Positions 36,046 through 45,109 of a stretch of 64,000 nucleotides of DNA are shown here, in pieces. The stretch covers positions 57,693-121,692 of the forward strand of contig JAJVHY010000014.1 of assembly GCA_022072455.1 (NCBI GenBank). The letters run 5' to 3'. Position 1 is the stretch's first letter. Each line of letters starts with the position of its first letter. The notes below the pieces were generated by a model, which worked only from the letters and a program-made list of their open reading frames with translations, made no database searches and was not told the DNA's origin. The DNA comes from Verrucomicrobiia bacterium (GTDB lineage: Bacteria; Verrucomicrobiota; Verrucomicrobiia; Palsa-1439). The position numbers and the translations under genes are program-made.

Positions 36046-37413
36046 ATGGAAACAACGACAAATAGCATTGTGCTCAATCGTATGAGCCAATTTAAGTCGG
36101 AATATACGAAGGTCGAAAAGATTTTGTCAAGCTGTCCGACAATCAACCGGCAATTGGCGGTTTCAACCGAGGAATTCGTGGCGCGGCAGAAGCGCGTATA
36201 CGAGGGAATCAAACAGGCCGGCTGCGAGGTCGGGTTCGTCTTCAGCGATGAACATTACAACGGTGACGTCCCGTATCTTGGCGGCAATACCAACATCAGC
36301 GTCGAACAAGTTGCCGGCGTGATTGGCCAGACCGGCTTTCACATTGTCGCCGGGCTGGAAGGCGGCTACATCGCCGAGCAACTCGCCCCCCGCGCCAAAG
36401 CCATCGTTCACAAAGCGGAACTCCTCCAGCTCGCCGACGAAAAATATCCCATCCGTGCGGAACGCCTCGAAGACATCATCGAAGCCGCGGCGGACGGGAA
36501 AGTGGATCGCATCGCCCTGTTGACGCCGCGGCAAGTGATCCCCGCCGGTGTCGTGGACTATCTCGAAAACCTCTTCGGCAAGGAAAACGTCGTGGACGCG
36601 CAGCTGATCTATTTCAAGATCAAGAATCTGAAGTCCGACCGCGAGATGGAATTAATCCGCGACGCCAACGTCATCGCCGATGCCATGCTGCGGGCAATGC
36701 TCGCCGTCATCAAACCCGGCATGTACGAAACGCAGGTGGCCGGCTGGGCTTATCACGTCGGGATGGAACTCGGCGCCGAAGAAAACGGATTCGACATCAT
36801 GGTTGGCGCGAACGAAGCCAACCGGACGCTCATCGGCAAGGCGCTTAATCGCCGCATCAACGAAGGCGACTGGGTTCACCTCGGCGTCGCGCCGAAGCGC
36901 GATGGCCTCACCAGTTGCCTCCGCCGTTCGATTGTCGTCGGCCAGCCGACCGCCGATCAACGCTGGTGGTTTGATTTTGTCAACGAGGCGTACGCGACCG
37001 GCTACGCCGCGTACGTTGACATCGTGAAGCACAACAAGCCGGCCAAGTTTCAAGAGCAAGCGCTGGTGGATTACTTCCGCTCCCGCACGGCTGAGGTCAA
37101 CGCGCGCTTCGGCTTGAACATCCCGGACTTGTCTGCCTTCAAGCCCTACACCGGCACCCACAATAGCGGCTACACGGAATGCCAGGAATTCTACGGCGCC
37201 ATCACGCTCGAAAGCGAAGAACCACTCGACCGGCAAGTCGTCACGATGCTCGACGTCGCCATCCGCGGCATCGGCGACCACTGGAACGCGAAAATGTTGC
37301 CGGTGGATTATGTCGTGATCGAAAACACTCTCGGCAAGTTCGATAAGAAAGTCGTCCAGTTCAACCGAGTTCCCAACGACTGCCAGCCGTTGGTCTGTAG
37401 CGGCGGTCTATGA
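36046..37413 (+). CDS. M24-fold (creatinase/Xaa-Pro peptidase-like) hydrolase
   Basis: LKSDREMELIRDANVIADAMLRAMLAVIKPGMYETQVAGW, the pita-bread-fold order and a creatinase-like N-domain. The alternative start ATG 36082 (MSQFKSEY) is embedded in motif h. Confidence 0.7.
   Translation: METTTNSIVLNRMSQFKSEYTKVEKILSSCPTINRQLAVSTEEFVARQKRVYEGIKQAGCEVGFVFSDEHYNGDVPYLGGNTNISVEQVAGVIGQTGFHIVAGLEGGYIAEQLAPRAKAIVHKAELLQLADEKYPIRAERLEDIIEAAADGKVDRIALLTPRQVIPAGVVDYLENLFGKENVVDAQLIYFKIKNLKSDREMELIRDANVIADAMLRAMLAVIKPGMYETQVAGWAYHVGMELGAEENGFDIMVGANEANRTLIGKALNRRINEGDWVHLGVAPKRDGLTSCLRRSIVVGQPTADQRWWFDFVNEAYATGYAAYVDIVKHNKPAKFQEQALVDYFRSRTAEVNARFGLNIPDLSAFKPYTGTHNSGYTECQEFYGAITLESEEPLDRQVVTMLDVAIRGIGDHWNAKMLPVDYVVIENTLGKFDKKVVQFNRVPNDCQPLVCSGGL
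36073..36086. promoter_or_regulatory. Palindromic motif copy h: CTCAATCGTATGAG
   Basis: Perfect match in the divergent region, 110 nt from the DegT start (35962). It lies inside the 5' end of the track ORF 36046.., and its ATG (36082) is in frame with the M24 gene. Confidence 0.55.
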
Positions 37414-37823
37414 CCGCCGAACAAATGCGGATCAGACCCCGGCGGGGCTTGTTCTGGTACGGCATCCACGGCATCGAAATGGTCGTGGCTGCGATGGGCG
37501 TCGGTTGCCGGCGCGTGCAGGCGACGACCCACGACAGCGTCGATGTCGTCGTGATGCAATGGGCGGACGGACGTGTGGCGACTTACCGTGGTTTGCGCAA
37601 GGGACACAACCAATTTGGCGGCGTTGTCCATCGTGAAAAAGGCGCGCGCCTCATCGACTACGCCAACACGAAACGTCCGCCCGCTGCCTGCATGCTCGAG
37701 GCGATTGTGCGGTCACTCTCCGCCGGTAAGCCCGATGTGCCGGTCGTACAGACGCTCGAAATCGTCCGCATCGTCTGCGCCGCCAACCAAAGTCGCGAAA
37801 CCGGCCAGCCGGTCACGCTATGA
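37410..37823 (+). CDS. Stand-alone Gfo/Idh/MocA C-terminal (dimerisation) domain, 137 aa; no Rossmann domain
   Basis: GLFWYGIHGIEMVVAAMG..VVVMQWADGRVATY..VQTLEIVRIVCAANQSRETGQPVTL matches only the C-terminal half of the family. ATGA overlaps at both ends argue that it is translated. Confidence 0.5.
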   Translation: MTAEQMRIRPRRGLFWYGIHGIEMVVAAMGVGCRRVQATTHDSVDVVVMQWADGRVATYRGLRKGHNQFGGVVHREKGARLIDYANTKRPPAACMLEAIVRSLSAGKPDVPVVQTLEIVRIVCAANQSRETGQPVTL

Positions 37824-39004
37824 ACTTGCAACTCGCCATCGATGGCGGACCAAAGTTCCGCCCGACTCCATTCCCCACACGCCAAGTCATCAGCGAAGCC
37901 GAGAAAGCGGCGGTGCTGGCGTTGTTCGACGAGGCCATTGCCAACGGCGAGAAAGTCCTCGGCTACAACGGGCCGCAAGAAGAAGCCTACGGCAAAGAAT
38001 TAGCTGCGTTTCTCGGTGGCGGGTTTGCCGACGGCGTAAACTCCGGCACGAACGCCGTTTATCTTGCGCTCCGCTCGCTCGATCTCGAACCCGGTGGCGA
38101 GGTGATTGTCGGCCCGGTCACCGATCCCGGCGGCATCATGCCGGTCGTCATCTGCGGCCACACGCCGGTCATTCCCGACAGCGCGCCCGGCTCCTACAAC
38201 ACCAGCGCCGAGCAGATTGCCGCGCGGATCACGGACAAGACCCGCGCGATCGTCGTCGCCCACATCGCCGGCATCCCGTGTGAAATGGACGCGATCATGA
38301 AGCTCGGCTTGCCGGTTGTGGAGGATTGCGCGCAGGCGCACGGCACGTTGTACCGAGGCCAACTCGTCGGCACGTTCGGCGCTGCCGCGGCATTTTCGAT
38401 GATGTTTGGCAAGCAACACGTCAGCGGTGGGCAGGGCGGCATGGTGTTCACGAAGGACGAGAAACGTTACTGGCGGATCCGGCAATATGCCGATCGCGGC
38501 AAGCCGTTCGGATTGGAGAAAGGCCGGACGAATGTCGTCGCAGCGCTCAACTGCAACATGGACGAACTCCATGCCTGCATCGGGCGCGTCTCCTTGAAAC
38601 GCCTGCCGGCATTCATCGCCGCGCGACGGCGCATTGCGAACCTCGTGGACAAAGGGCTGCGCGAACGCGTCCAAACCGTCCGCCTGGTGACTGGTCCGAA
38701 AGACGGCGAGTCGAGCCACTGGTTTACGTTCTTTCATCTCGCGACCGACCGGCTACGTGTGGACAAGGCGCGGTTCGTGGATGCGCTGTGGGCTGAGGGT
38801 CTCATCGTCGGCGCCAGTTACAGCAATATTGCCCAGAATCAGGAATGGTACCAGAAGGCCGGCTACCGGCAGTGGCCGCTGCCGAATATCACGGCGGCTG
38901 ACGCGACGCACTTCCGCGGCTTCCTCACCGAAACTTGGACAGACCGTGACGCCGAAGATTTCGTCGGCGCGGTGGCCAAAGTGGAGCGCGCCTACCTGAA
39001 ATGA
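37820..39004 (+). CDS. DegT/DnrJ/EryC1/StrS-family PLP aminotransferase
   Basis: VVEDCAQAHGTLYRGQLVGTFGAAAAFSMMFGKQHVSGGQGGMVFTKDE carries the family Lys motif. 394 aa. Confidence 0.8.
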   Translation: MNLQLAIDGGPKFRPTPFPTRQVISEAEKAAVLALFDEAIANGEKVLGYNGPQEEAYGKELAAFLGGGFADGVNSGTNAVYLALRSLDLEPGGEVIVGPVTDPGGIMPVVICGHTPVIPDSAPGSYNTSAEQIAARITDKTRAIVVAHIAGIPCEMDAIMKLGLPVVEDCAQAHGTLYRGQLVGTFGAAAAFSMMFGKQHVSGGQGGMVFTKDEKRYWRIRQYADRGKPFGLEKGRTNVVAALNCNMDELHACIGRVSLKRLPAFIAARRRIANLVDKGLRERVQTVRLVTGPKDGESSHWFTFFHLATDRLRVDKARFVDALWAEGLIVGASYSNIAQNQEWYQKAGYRQWPLPNITAADATHFRGFLTETWTDRDAEDFVGAVAKVERAYLK

Positions 39005-40083
39005 ATGGGCCCGGCTATTACCTGTTCTTGGGACGCGGCGATTACGCGCTGAGCCGGGTTCCGCTGGACGCCATTGATCCCCGGTGGCGCAAACCGGGAA
39101 CCATCAGCACCAACCCGGCGGACTGGTCCTTCTCCTGGGGTTTGCCGGAATGGAAAGAGAAACTTCGTTTCCTGCGCGGTTGCGGGGCGCAGCGCGTGTA
39201 CCTGATCATGAACGCGTTCGAGTTGCCGTACCCCAGCCGCGCGTATCCGGCCGTGGTCGAGCCGGACCATGTGAATGTGCGGCAGGAGTTTTTTCAAGGG
39301 GTGCTGGATTTTGCCCAGACGCTGGGCCTCGAAATTTTCGCGGCATTCAGCACGACCGGCCACGCTGACCGCGCCATCGAACTCTATCCGCAAATGGCCG
39401 GCCGGCATGCCGATGGCAAACCGTGGCAGTGCGCGATGTGCCACAATAATCCCCACGCCCGCGAATTTGCCCGGACCATTGTCACGGAAGTCCTCAGCCG
39501 GTATCACGGTTTTGCTGGTGTTTACTTCCACCCGCCGGAAGTCGGTGAGTTCTGTTGGTGCGACCGTTGCCGGCAACTGTACCGAATCCAAACCGGCCGC
39601 GACCTGACCGCCGCAGACGACACCACCCGGATGACCTGGTTCTGGCAAACCGCCTTGGATTTCCTCGATGAACTCCGGGTTTTGGCCAAGAGTTTCCAGC
39701 CGCAGTTTCCGACTGTGATGTGTACCGTCCCGGCGTGGGTGCCGATTTTTTCGGCGTTGCGCGACCACATTCATCGGGAGGTCACGCTGCTGCATTGGGA
39801 CTACGGTTCGTTCACGCCGGCCGCTGCCGAGCGGATCGGCGCGCGCTTGGCCATCTATGGGAGCGGCGGGCACACCCTTGGCTTCATCACCTCCGTCCGC
39901 TTCGCCATGCAGGAACTGAATCTCGACCAGCTTCGCGATCATACCGCCCGCAAATTGGCCTTTGTTAAAACGCATGGGGTCAACGAAATCGTGTACTTCG
40001 TCGGCCCGGTGTGGTTTCCTGACAGCATTCTGGCGGCTACCCTCGCGGACGATCCCACCACTAACCGGAATGGACCCGTATGA
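39001..40083 (+). CDS. Hypothetical TIM-barrel glycosidase-like protein with GH42-type Cys cluster
   Basis: QCAMCHNNPHAREFARTIVTEVLSRYHGFAGVYFHPPEVGEFCWCDRCRQLY resembles the GH42 segment (C.NSP...NEY...CYC..C) that binds Zn through four Cys. No signal peptide. Confidence 0.4.
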   Translation: MNGPGYYLFLGRGDYALSRVPLDAIDPRWRKPGTISTNPADWSFSWGLPEWKEKLRFLRGCGAQRVYLIMNAFELPYPSRAYPAVVEPDHVNVRQEFFQGVLDFAQTLGLEIFAAFSTTGHADRAIELYPQMAGRHADGKPWQCAMCHNNPHAREFARTIVTEVLSRYHGFAGVYFHPPEVGEFCWCDRCRQLYRIQTGRDLTAADDTTRMTWFWQTALDFLDELRVLAKSFQPQFPTVMCTVPAWVPIFSALRDHIHREVTLLHWDYGSFTPAAAERIGARLAIYGSGGHTLGFITSVRFAMQELNLDQLRDHTARKLAFVKTHGVNEIVYFVGPVWFPDSILAATLADDPTTNRNGPV

Positions 40084-40850
40084 TTGACGAAAAATTACTA
40101 ACCAAACTGCACGCCGGCGACTGCTTGTTTGGAATCAGCTTGCGCTACAACGATGCGGCCATCATTGAAACCATTGGGCCGGGTTGGGACTTTTGTTGGA
40201 TCGATCTGCAACATGGCGCGATTCAGCCCGACCGGGTTCTGGAGATCGTGCGCGCCTGCGCCATCACGGGAACGGCGCCGTTCATTCGGCTCGGACGCCA
40301 GAGTCAGGATCTCCTCGGGTTTGCGTTGGATCTGGCTGTGGCCGGTGTCATCGTCGCCCAGGTGGATACCGTGGAACACGCGGCCGCTGCCGTGGCGGCT
40401 GCCAAGTTTCCGCCCCTCGGTGACCGCTCGTTTGGCGGGCGACGCATCTGCGACCGGCACGGGACAGATTATGTCCTGCACGCCAATCAGCGCCAGCTTC
40501 TGCTGGTCCAGATGGAAAGCCCGCTCGCGCTGGAGAACTGCGAGAAAATCGCCGCACTCGACGGCGTGGATGGATTGATGATCGGGCCTGACGACATGGC
40601 CATCCGCCTCGGAATCCCGCGCAGTTCGCCGCTGGAAGGCCCGGTCGGTGAAGCGACCCGGCGGATTGCCACTGCGGCGCGGGGGCAGGGCAAGGTGGCG
40701 ATGGGCTTCGGCGGCGCAGCGGAGAAGGATATTCGAGCCGCAGTCACTTTGGGGCTGAACATGATTTCGATGGGCGCGGACGTGTCGTTTCTCCGTCAAG
40801 GAATGGCCGCTTGGACGGGGGCGGTGCGTACATACAAAGAAAATCAATGA
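40080..40850 (+). CDS. HpcH/HpaI-family 2-keto-3-deoxy-acid aldolase
   Basis: FCWIDLQHGAI and LVQMESPLALENCEKIAALDGVDGLMIGPDDMAIRLG are family-typical. 256 aa. Confidence 0.8.
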   Translation: MIDEKLLTKLHAGDCLFGISLRYNDAAIIETIGPGWDFCWIDLQHGAIQPDRVLEIVRACAITGTAPFIRLGRQSQDLLGFALDLAVAGVIVAQVDTVEHAAAAVAAAKFPPLGDRSFGGRRICDRHGTDYVLHANQRQLLLVQMESPLALENCEKIAALDGVDGLMIGPDDMAIRLGIPRSSPLEGPVGEATRRIATAARGQGKVAMGFGGAAEKDIRAAVTLGLNMISMGADVSFLRQGMAAWTGAVRTYKENQ

Positions 40851-40862
40851 AAACAGGCGGGG

Positions 40863-42668
40863 TCACCAAGTCTGCGTGACGCTGCTGCCGGCCTGGTCGC
40901 CGGTCGGCAGGGCGAAGGCCAACGGCTTACCGGCGATGGTGACTTGGAGTCGCGACAGTTTTTGCGTGGGGTCGGCGACTGTGACTTGCGGGCCGGTGGG
41001 CGTCTGCCGCAACAGGAGCAAACAGGGGGCGCTGCCGGTGACGCCTTCAATTTCACCGGGTTCGTAAAACGCCACCAGCAGCCGTTGCCGGTCCTTGCTG
41101 CGGACGGCTTGCTGCTGGCGGTCGTTCCGCAAAATCTCCACGGTGGGTTGCCGGGCGAAGGCGGCGGTTTGTTCTGGTGTCCGGGCCGGCAGCAAGAGGT
41201 ACGCGTAATGGGCGGCGGCCGGATTCTGGCCGTGATCCAGCCAGAGTGCGAACACGTCCTTCGTGACCGCGCCTTGGGCGCGATTGGGGCAGACGCTGCT
41301 CCAATCGCCGGTCTGGGATTGACTGGAAACCGTGACCGCCGGGGCGGCGGGGAAGACGTAGCCGATGCCGGCATGATGTGCCCAGCGCACTTGCGCGAAT
41401 TCGCGGAGGCCGGCCGGTGGATTGGTGACGGTATTGCCGGTTTCCAAAGTGACCGGGCCGTCCAGCAGACTTTGATTGACTGTCGTCACCAGCGGGGCGT
41501 CACCGGCGGATTGGAAACCGGCCCCCAGGCACACCACTGCATTGTCGAGGAAGAACCAGCTCTTGCGGCCGGTTACGGAGTCGCGGGCGTAATCGAGCAC
41601 GGACAATCCGCTCTGGCCGTCGGTCACGTAAACGAAGGTTGCTCCGTCAGCCAAATGCAGTCCTTGCAGGTTTTCGCGGTTGAGGGATTCGGTGCCGATG
41701 ACGCGGTCGGAACACATTTTGACCGAGACAAAATAGTTGGAACTCCGGTGAACTGTATAATCGGAGCGCCAGAAATGTCGCTGACCGATGGGCGGGGAGG
41801 CGAGATTAGCCTTCTGCAGCAGGCGGGTGATGGCTTGGCCTTTATTTGCCGGCGAACCGGGAAACAATTCGCGCCCGCAGGCGCTGATGTCGAGCACACC
41901 ATTCCAGCTGACCCAGCGTAGGCCGTCGCTCAGGTAGCGGCGGAAAACTTCCGCTTGAGGAGTGCCGAAGGCAAAGCGGGTGCCGTGGACGACGTGTTCC
42001 CAAAACTGGATGTCGCGTGCAAATGACAGTCCGTAGACGCCGAACTGCTGTTGGGCGGCGTGTTGGTGAAAACTGAAGTCTGGCTGGATGCCTTCCGCGG
42101 TGGTGATGATGACTTGGCTGAGTATCGCCGCGCGTGCCTGCCCGGCCAACTCCGCGTCGTTTTCCAGCAGCGCGCGCATGAAGACAATACCGGCCTGCCA
42201 AACCTTGTTCTGACCCGTGCGGCCGATCGTGGCGCGTTTGATGATCTCCAGACTCCGGGTCAACTCAGCGTCCGTGAGTTTGCCCTCGAAAAGCAACAGG
42301 CATTCGGCGAGTTTCCGCGGGACACCGATCTCATTGTACCACCAATTCGGGCACCGATAATCCTGCGCCAGCCAGTGGCCGAGTGCCCGGTGGATGGCCG
42401 GCTCGGCTGCGCCCGCGCCGATCATTTGATAAAGCCGGTCCAGATGGCGAAACGGCACCCAACCGCCCCTGTTCTGGTTCCGATAATCAATGTCGGCCCA
42501 GGTGCCATCGGCCTGCAATGACGAGGCCCAATCCGCAGACGAGTCGTTGGATTCGGTAAGGATTTCGCGAAGTTGTTGTTTGAGATGGTGCAATTCAACC
42601 TCTGGTATCTCGACCCCGCCGACGTTCAACGCGATGAGCCATGTGAGTAAAATCGTCCTGACATGCAT
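40863..42668 (-). CDS. Polysaccharide lyase family 8 (chondroitin AC/hyaluronan/xanthan lyase-like), secreted
   Basis: NWWYNEIGVPRKL, TGQNKVWQAG and DFSFHQHAAQQQFGVYG follow the PL8 N-domain motif order. Signal-like MHVRTILLTWLIALNVGG at ATG 42668; the track GTG 42707 is an alternative. Confidence 0.7.
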   Translation of the reverse strand: MHVRTILLTWLIALNVGGVEIPEVELHHLKQQLREILTESNDSSADWASSLQADGTWADIDYRNQNRGGWVPFRHLDRLYQMIGAGAAEPAIHRALGHWLAQDYRCPNWWYNEIGVPRKLAECLLLFEGKLTDAELTRSLEIIKRATIGRTGQNKVWQAGIVFMRALLENDAELAGQARAAILSQVIITTAEGIQPDFSFHQHAAQQQFGVYGLSFARDIQFWEHVVHGTRFAFGTPQAEVFRRYLSDGLRWVSWNGVLDISACGRELFPGSPANKGQAITRLLQKANLASPPIGQRHFWRSDYTVHRSSNYFVSVKMCSDRVIGTESLNRENLQGLHLADGATFVYVTDGQSGLSVLDYARDSVTGRKSWFFLDNAVVCLGAGFQSAGDAPLVTTVNQSLLDGPVTLETGNTVTNPPAGLREFAQVRWAHHAGIGYVFPAAPAVTVSSQSQTGDWSSVCPNRAQGAVTKDVFALWLDHGQNPAAAHYAYLLLPARTPEQTAAFARQPTVEILRNDRQQQAVRSKDRQRLLVAFYEPGEIEGVTGSAPCLLLLRQTPTGPQVTVADPTQKLSRLQVTIAGKPLAFALPTGDQAGSSVTQTW

Positions 42669-42731
42669 ACGAAACACAATCAAGCACGGCGCGCCCCAAA
42701 GTTGCACGAGCCGGCTCTCTGATTAGCGTCA

Positions 42732-43547
42732 TCAAGGGATGGCTTGATTCTCTCTCACCGGCGGACGAACGGGCGAGGGGCGGTGGCCCAGTTCCGGTAA
42801 AATGATGGGCTGCAAAATCGCGTAGAGTCCGATCAAGACGAGAAAACTCATCGCGATCCGGCGGAGCGCGGTGTGCGACATCCGGTTGTTCAGCCAGTCC
42901 GCCGGCCACGCCCCCAGCATTACCACCGGCAAGAACATCAGCCCGACTCCCGCCGCTGACAGCACCACCGCTGGTTGAAACCGGTACGCCAGCCAGATTA
43001 AATTAGTGACGTTCGAGGTTGAGAAAATCGTCCACATCACGAGGCGGATGCGCTCGTTCGACCACTTGTGCGCCAACAACCACAACACCACCGGCGGCCC
43101 GCCCATGCCGGCCACGCCCGAGAGCAAGCCAAACAGCGTCATCGTGAGCACGCCCCAGAGTGGGTGCAGACGCTCGCGCGGTTCTGGTTGCCACCACGCC
43201 CGCAGAGCCAGCCCACCCAGCAGCAAGCAGCCGAAGACTTGGCCCAAGATTGCCTTGCCGACGAGCTTGCTCAACAGGAGATTGCCCACCGGTTGCATCG
43301 CGCAGCCGATGGCGATGAGCCACCAGAGTTCACCCCAGAGCAGTTCGTGTCGGGAACGCCAGATGCAGAACCAGCCGTGGACGATCACGCACGCGCCGAC
43401 GATGGCCATGGCTTCGTACGGTTGCCAGCCAAGCAGCAACAGGACCGGCACGGCGAACAACCCGTAACCGAACCCAACGGTCGCCTGCAGCGTGCTGCCC
43501 GCAAACAGGACGATACCAACGTAGACGTATGGCAGGATGTCGCTCAC
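42732..43547 (-). CDS. TauE/SafE (TSUP) family anion permease
   Basis: Polytopic membrane protein with duplicated GFGYGLFAVPVLLLLG and GVAGMGGPPVVLWLL segments. GTG 43547 makes a GTGA overlap with the upstream stop. The track TTG 43589 is an alternative. Confidence 0.8.
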   Translation of the reverse strand: MSDILPYVYVGIVLFAGSTLQATVGFGYGLFAVPVLLLLGWQPYEAMAIVGACVIVHGWFCIWRSRHELLWGELWWLIAIGCAMQPVGNLLLSKLVGKAILGQVFGCLLLGGLALRAWWQPEPRERLHPLWGVLTMTLFGLLSGVAGMGGPPVVLWLLAHKWSNERIRLVMWTIFSTSNVTNLIWLAYRFQPAVVLSAAGVGLMFLPVVMLGAWPADWLNNRMSHTALRRIAMSFLVLIGLYAILQPIILPELGHRPSPVRPPVRENQAIP

Positions 43548-45109
43548 CGCCGGTAGTGGCGCTCCGCCTGGCGCAGTTTCCGCCGGCAAATCTTCCGGCA
43601 GTCCTGCAGTCGTTGGACGTACAGATCAAACAAGTGTCGGAGCCATTCCTCGAAGGCGGCGCCGGCATAGCGCTTTCCGAAATGGGCGCGGACGCGGCGG
43701 CGCATGGCGGCGATGTCGCGGAGGGTCTGCCGCTGTTCCTTGAGGCGGCGCTGCCATTCGGTGGCGCAGGGCCGGAAATTCGCGGTGAAATAGTCGACTT
43801 CGAGCAGATTGAACTCCGCCCGGCGTTGCAACGCGAGCACGCGGGCCATCAACGCGATTCCGTCCCACTCGTACCGGTGGGCGCGGAGCTGGGGGGCGAG
43901 TTGGTCCATTTCGTCGGCGACTTGGAGTTCGAGCCGCCAATCGTCGCGGCAACGGCCGAGGGTGCGGATGAGGTGGTCAATCTTCTTGGCCGGCACGCCG
44001 GGCCAGAACGGCTTGGGTTTGGCGCCCATGGACTGCGCGGTCGCGGTTACCAACGGCCACTGCAGATCAATGCAGTAGTTGGGCGGACACCAACTGTTGC
44101 CACGCGCCCAGGAGGTGGCAATCTGGCCGAGTTGCCGGGTGCGTTTCACGGCGGTGGCCGCGCCGCGGATGTTCGAGAGCAAGGCGTTGTATGGCGGTAA
44201 CACGGAGAGGTTGGCGCTGACCCGGGCCGCGCTGGCAAAAACCGCGCGCACGCCGCGGTCGGTCCAGATGTCGAGATGAAATCCCGGCACGTACAACCGG
44301 CCGCGTCGATAGGGCGCGAGGAGTTTTTGGATGGCCGGGGGATGATCTTCGGTGAATTGTGTGCCGGGGCCGATGGGCGGGGCGGCGGGATTTTCCGGTT
44401 CATCGAGCCAAGTGCGGCTGACGCGGACGCCACCGACGAACCGGCACCGGGGCGTCAGGCCACGGATCGGCGAGTAGTCCCAGGACGCGAAGATGCAGCG
44501 TTCCTGAAATTCGCGGAACGCGTCGGGCCGAAAATGATCTTCGAGCATGTCGGTCCAGATCATCGGCGTTTTGCCGGCGGCTTCGACGAGGGGGAGGAGG
44601 ACGCGGAGATGATCGAGGAAGATGTCGAGCACGTCGCGGTTTTGGCGCTTTGCGGCGTCGCGCAACGCGAAGGCTTCGTCCATGCCGAGATGGATGTAGC
44701 GGCTGGCAGGATGCGCGGCGATGATTTGCTGGAGCAGGTCGGTGATGAGGCGGACAGCGCCGGGATCATCGGTGCGGATTGTGCTCGGATATGCCCGATT
44801 TTCCGCGAAGCGCCGGTACCGTTTCCACGCGAGCAGGTATTCGAGGTGTCCAAGACATTGCTGGAGGGGAATGATTTCGAGACCGTGGCGGTCGGCTTGG
44901 CGGAGGAAGGTTTGCAGGGTGGCGTGTGACCAGACACGCGTGCGGTCGGCGATGGCGTGTCCGCGGAACGGGAAGACGTCTTCATACTCGACGAGCACGG
45001 TGTTGATCTTCTGGCCGGCCAGGTCGGCGAGGTATTGTGGGATGTACGCGGGTTTGAAATTCATCCCCTTGAGGTCGAGATGGATTCCGATGATGGGCTT
45101 AGTGGTCAT
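43544..45109 (-). CDS. GH20-like (beta-N-acetylhexosaminidase-type TIM barrel) protein with ~190-aa Arg-rich helical C-terminal extension (copy A)
   Basis: IGIHLDLKGMNF, EIIPLQQCLGHLEY and YIHLGMDEA (Asp-Glu pair position). Start MTTKPIIG is supported by alignment with copy B. No signal peptide. Confidence 0.6.
   Translation of the reverse strand: MTTKPIIGIHLDLKGMNFKPAYIPQYLADLAGQKINTVLVEYEDVFPFRGHAIADRTRVWSHATLQTFLRQADRHGLEIIPLQQCLGHLEYLLAWKRYRRFAENRAYPSTIRTDDPGAVRLITDLLQQIIAAHPASRYIHLGMDEAFALRDAAKRQNRDVLDIFLDHLRVLLPLVEAAGKTPMIWTDMLEDHFRPDAFREFQERCIFASWDYSPIRGLTPRCRFVGGVRVSRTWLDEPENPAAPPIGPGTQFTEDHPPAIQKLLAPYRRGRLYVPGFHLDIWTDRGVRAVFASAARVSANLSVLPPYNALLSNIRGAATAVKRTRQLGQIATSWARGNSWCPPNYCIDLQWPLVTATAQSMGAKPKPFWPGVPAKKIDHLIRTLGRCRDDWRLELQVADEMDQLAPQLRAHRYEWDGIALMARVLALQRRAEFNLLEVDYFTANFRPCATEWQRRLKEQRQTLRDIAAMRRRVRAHFGKRYAGAAFEEWLRHLFDLYVQRLQDCRKICRRKLRQAERHYRR
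43639..44005 (-). repeat. Near-identical segment (367 nt, 4 mismatches seen) shared with 45194..45560
   Basis: Offset 1555 nt. After a 24-nt indel, identity resumes at 44054..~44116 vs 45585..~45647. Covers the C-terminal extension of both GH20-like genes. Confidence 0.85.
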
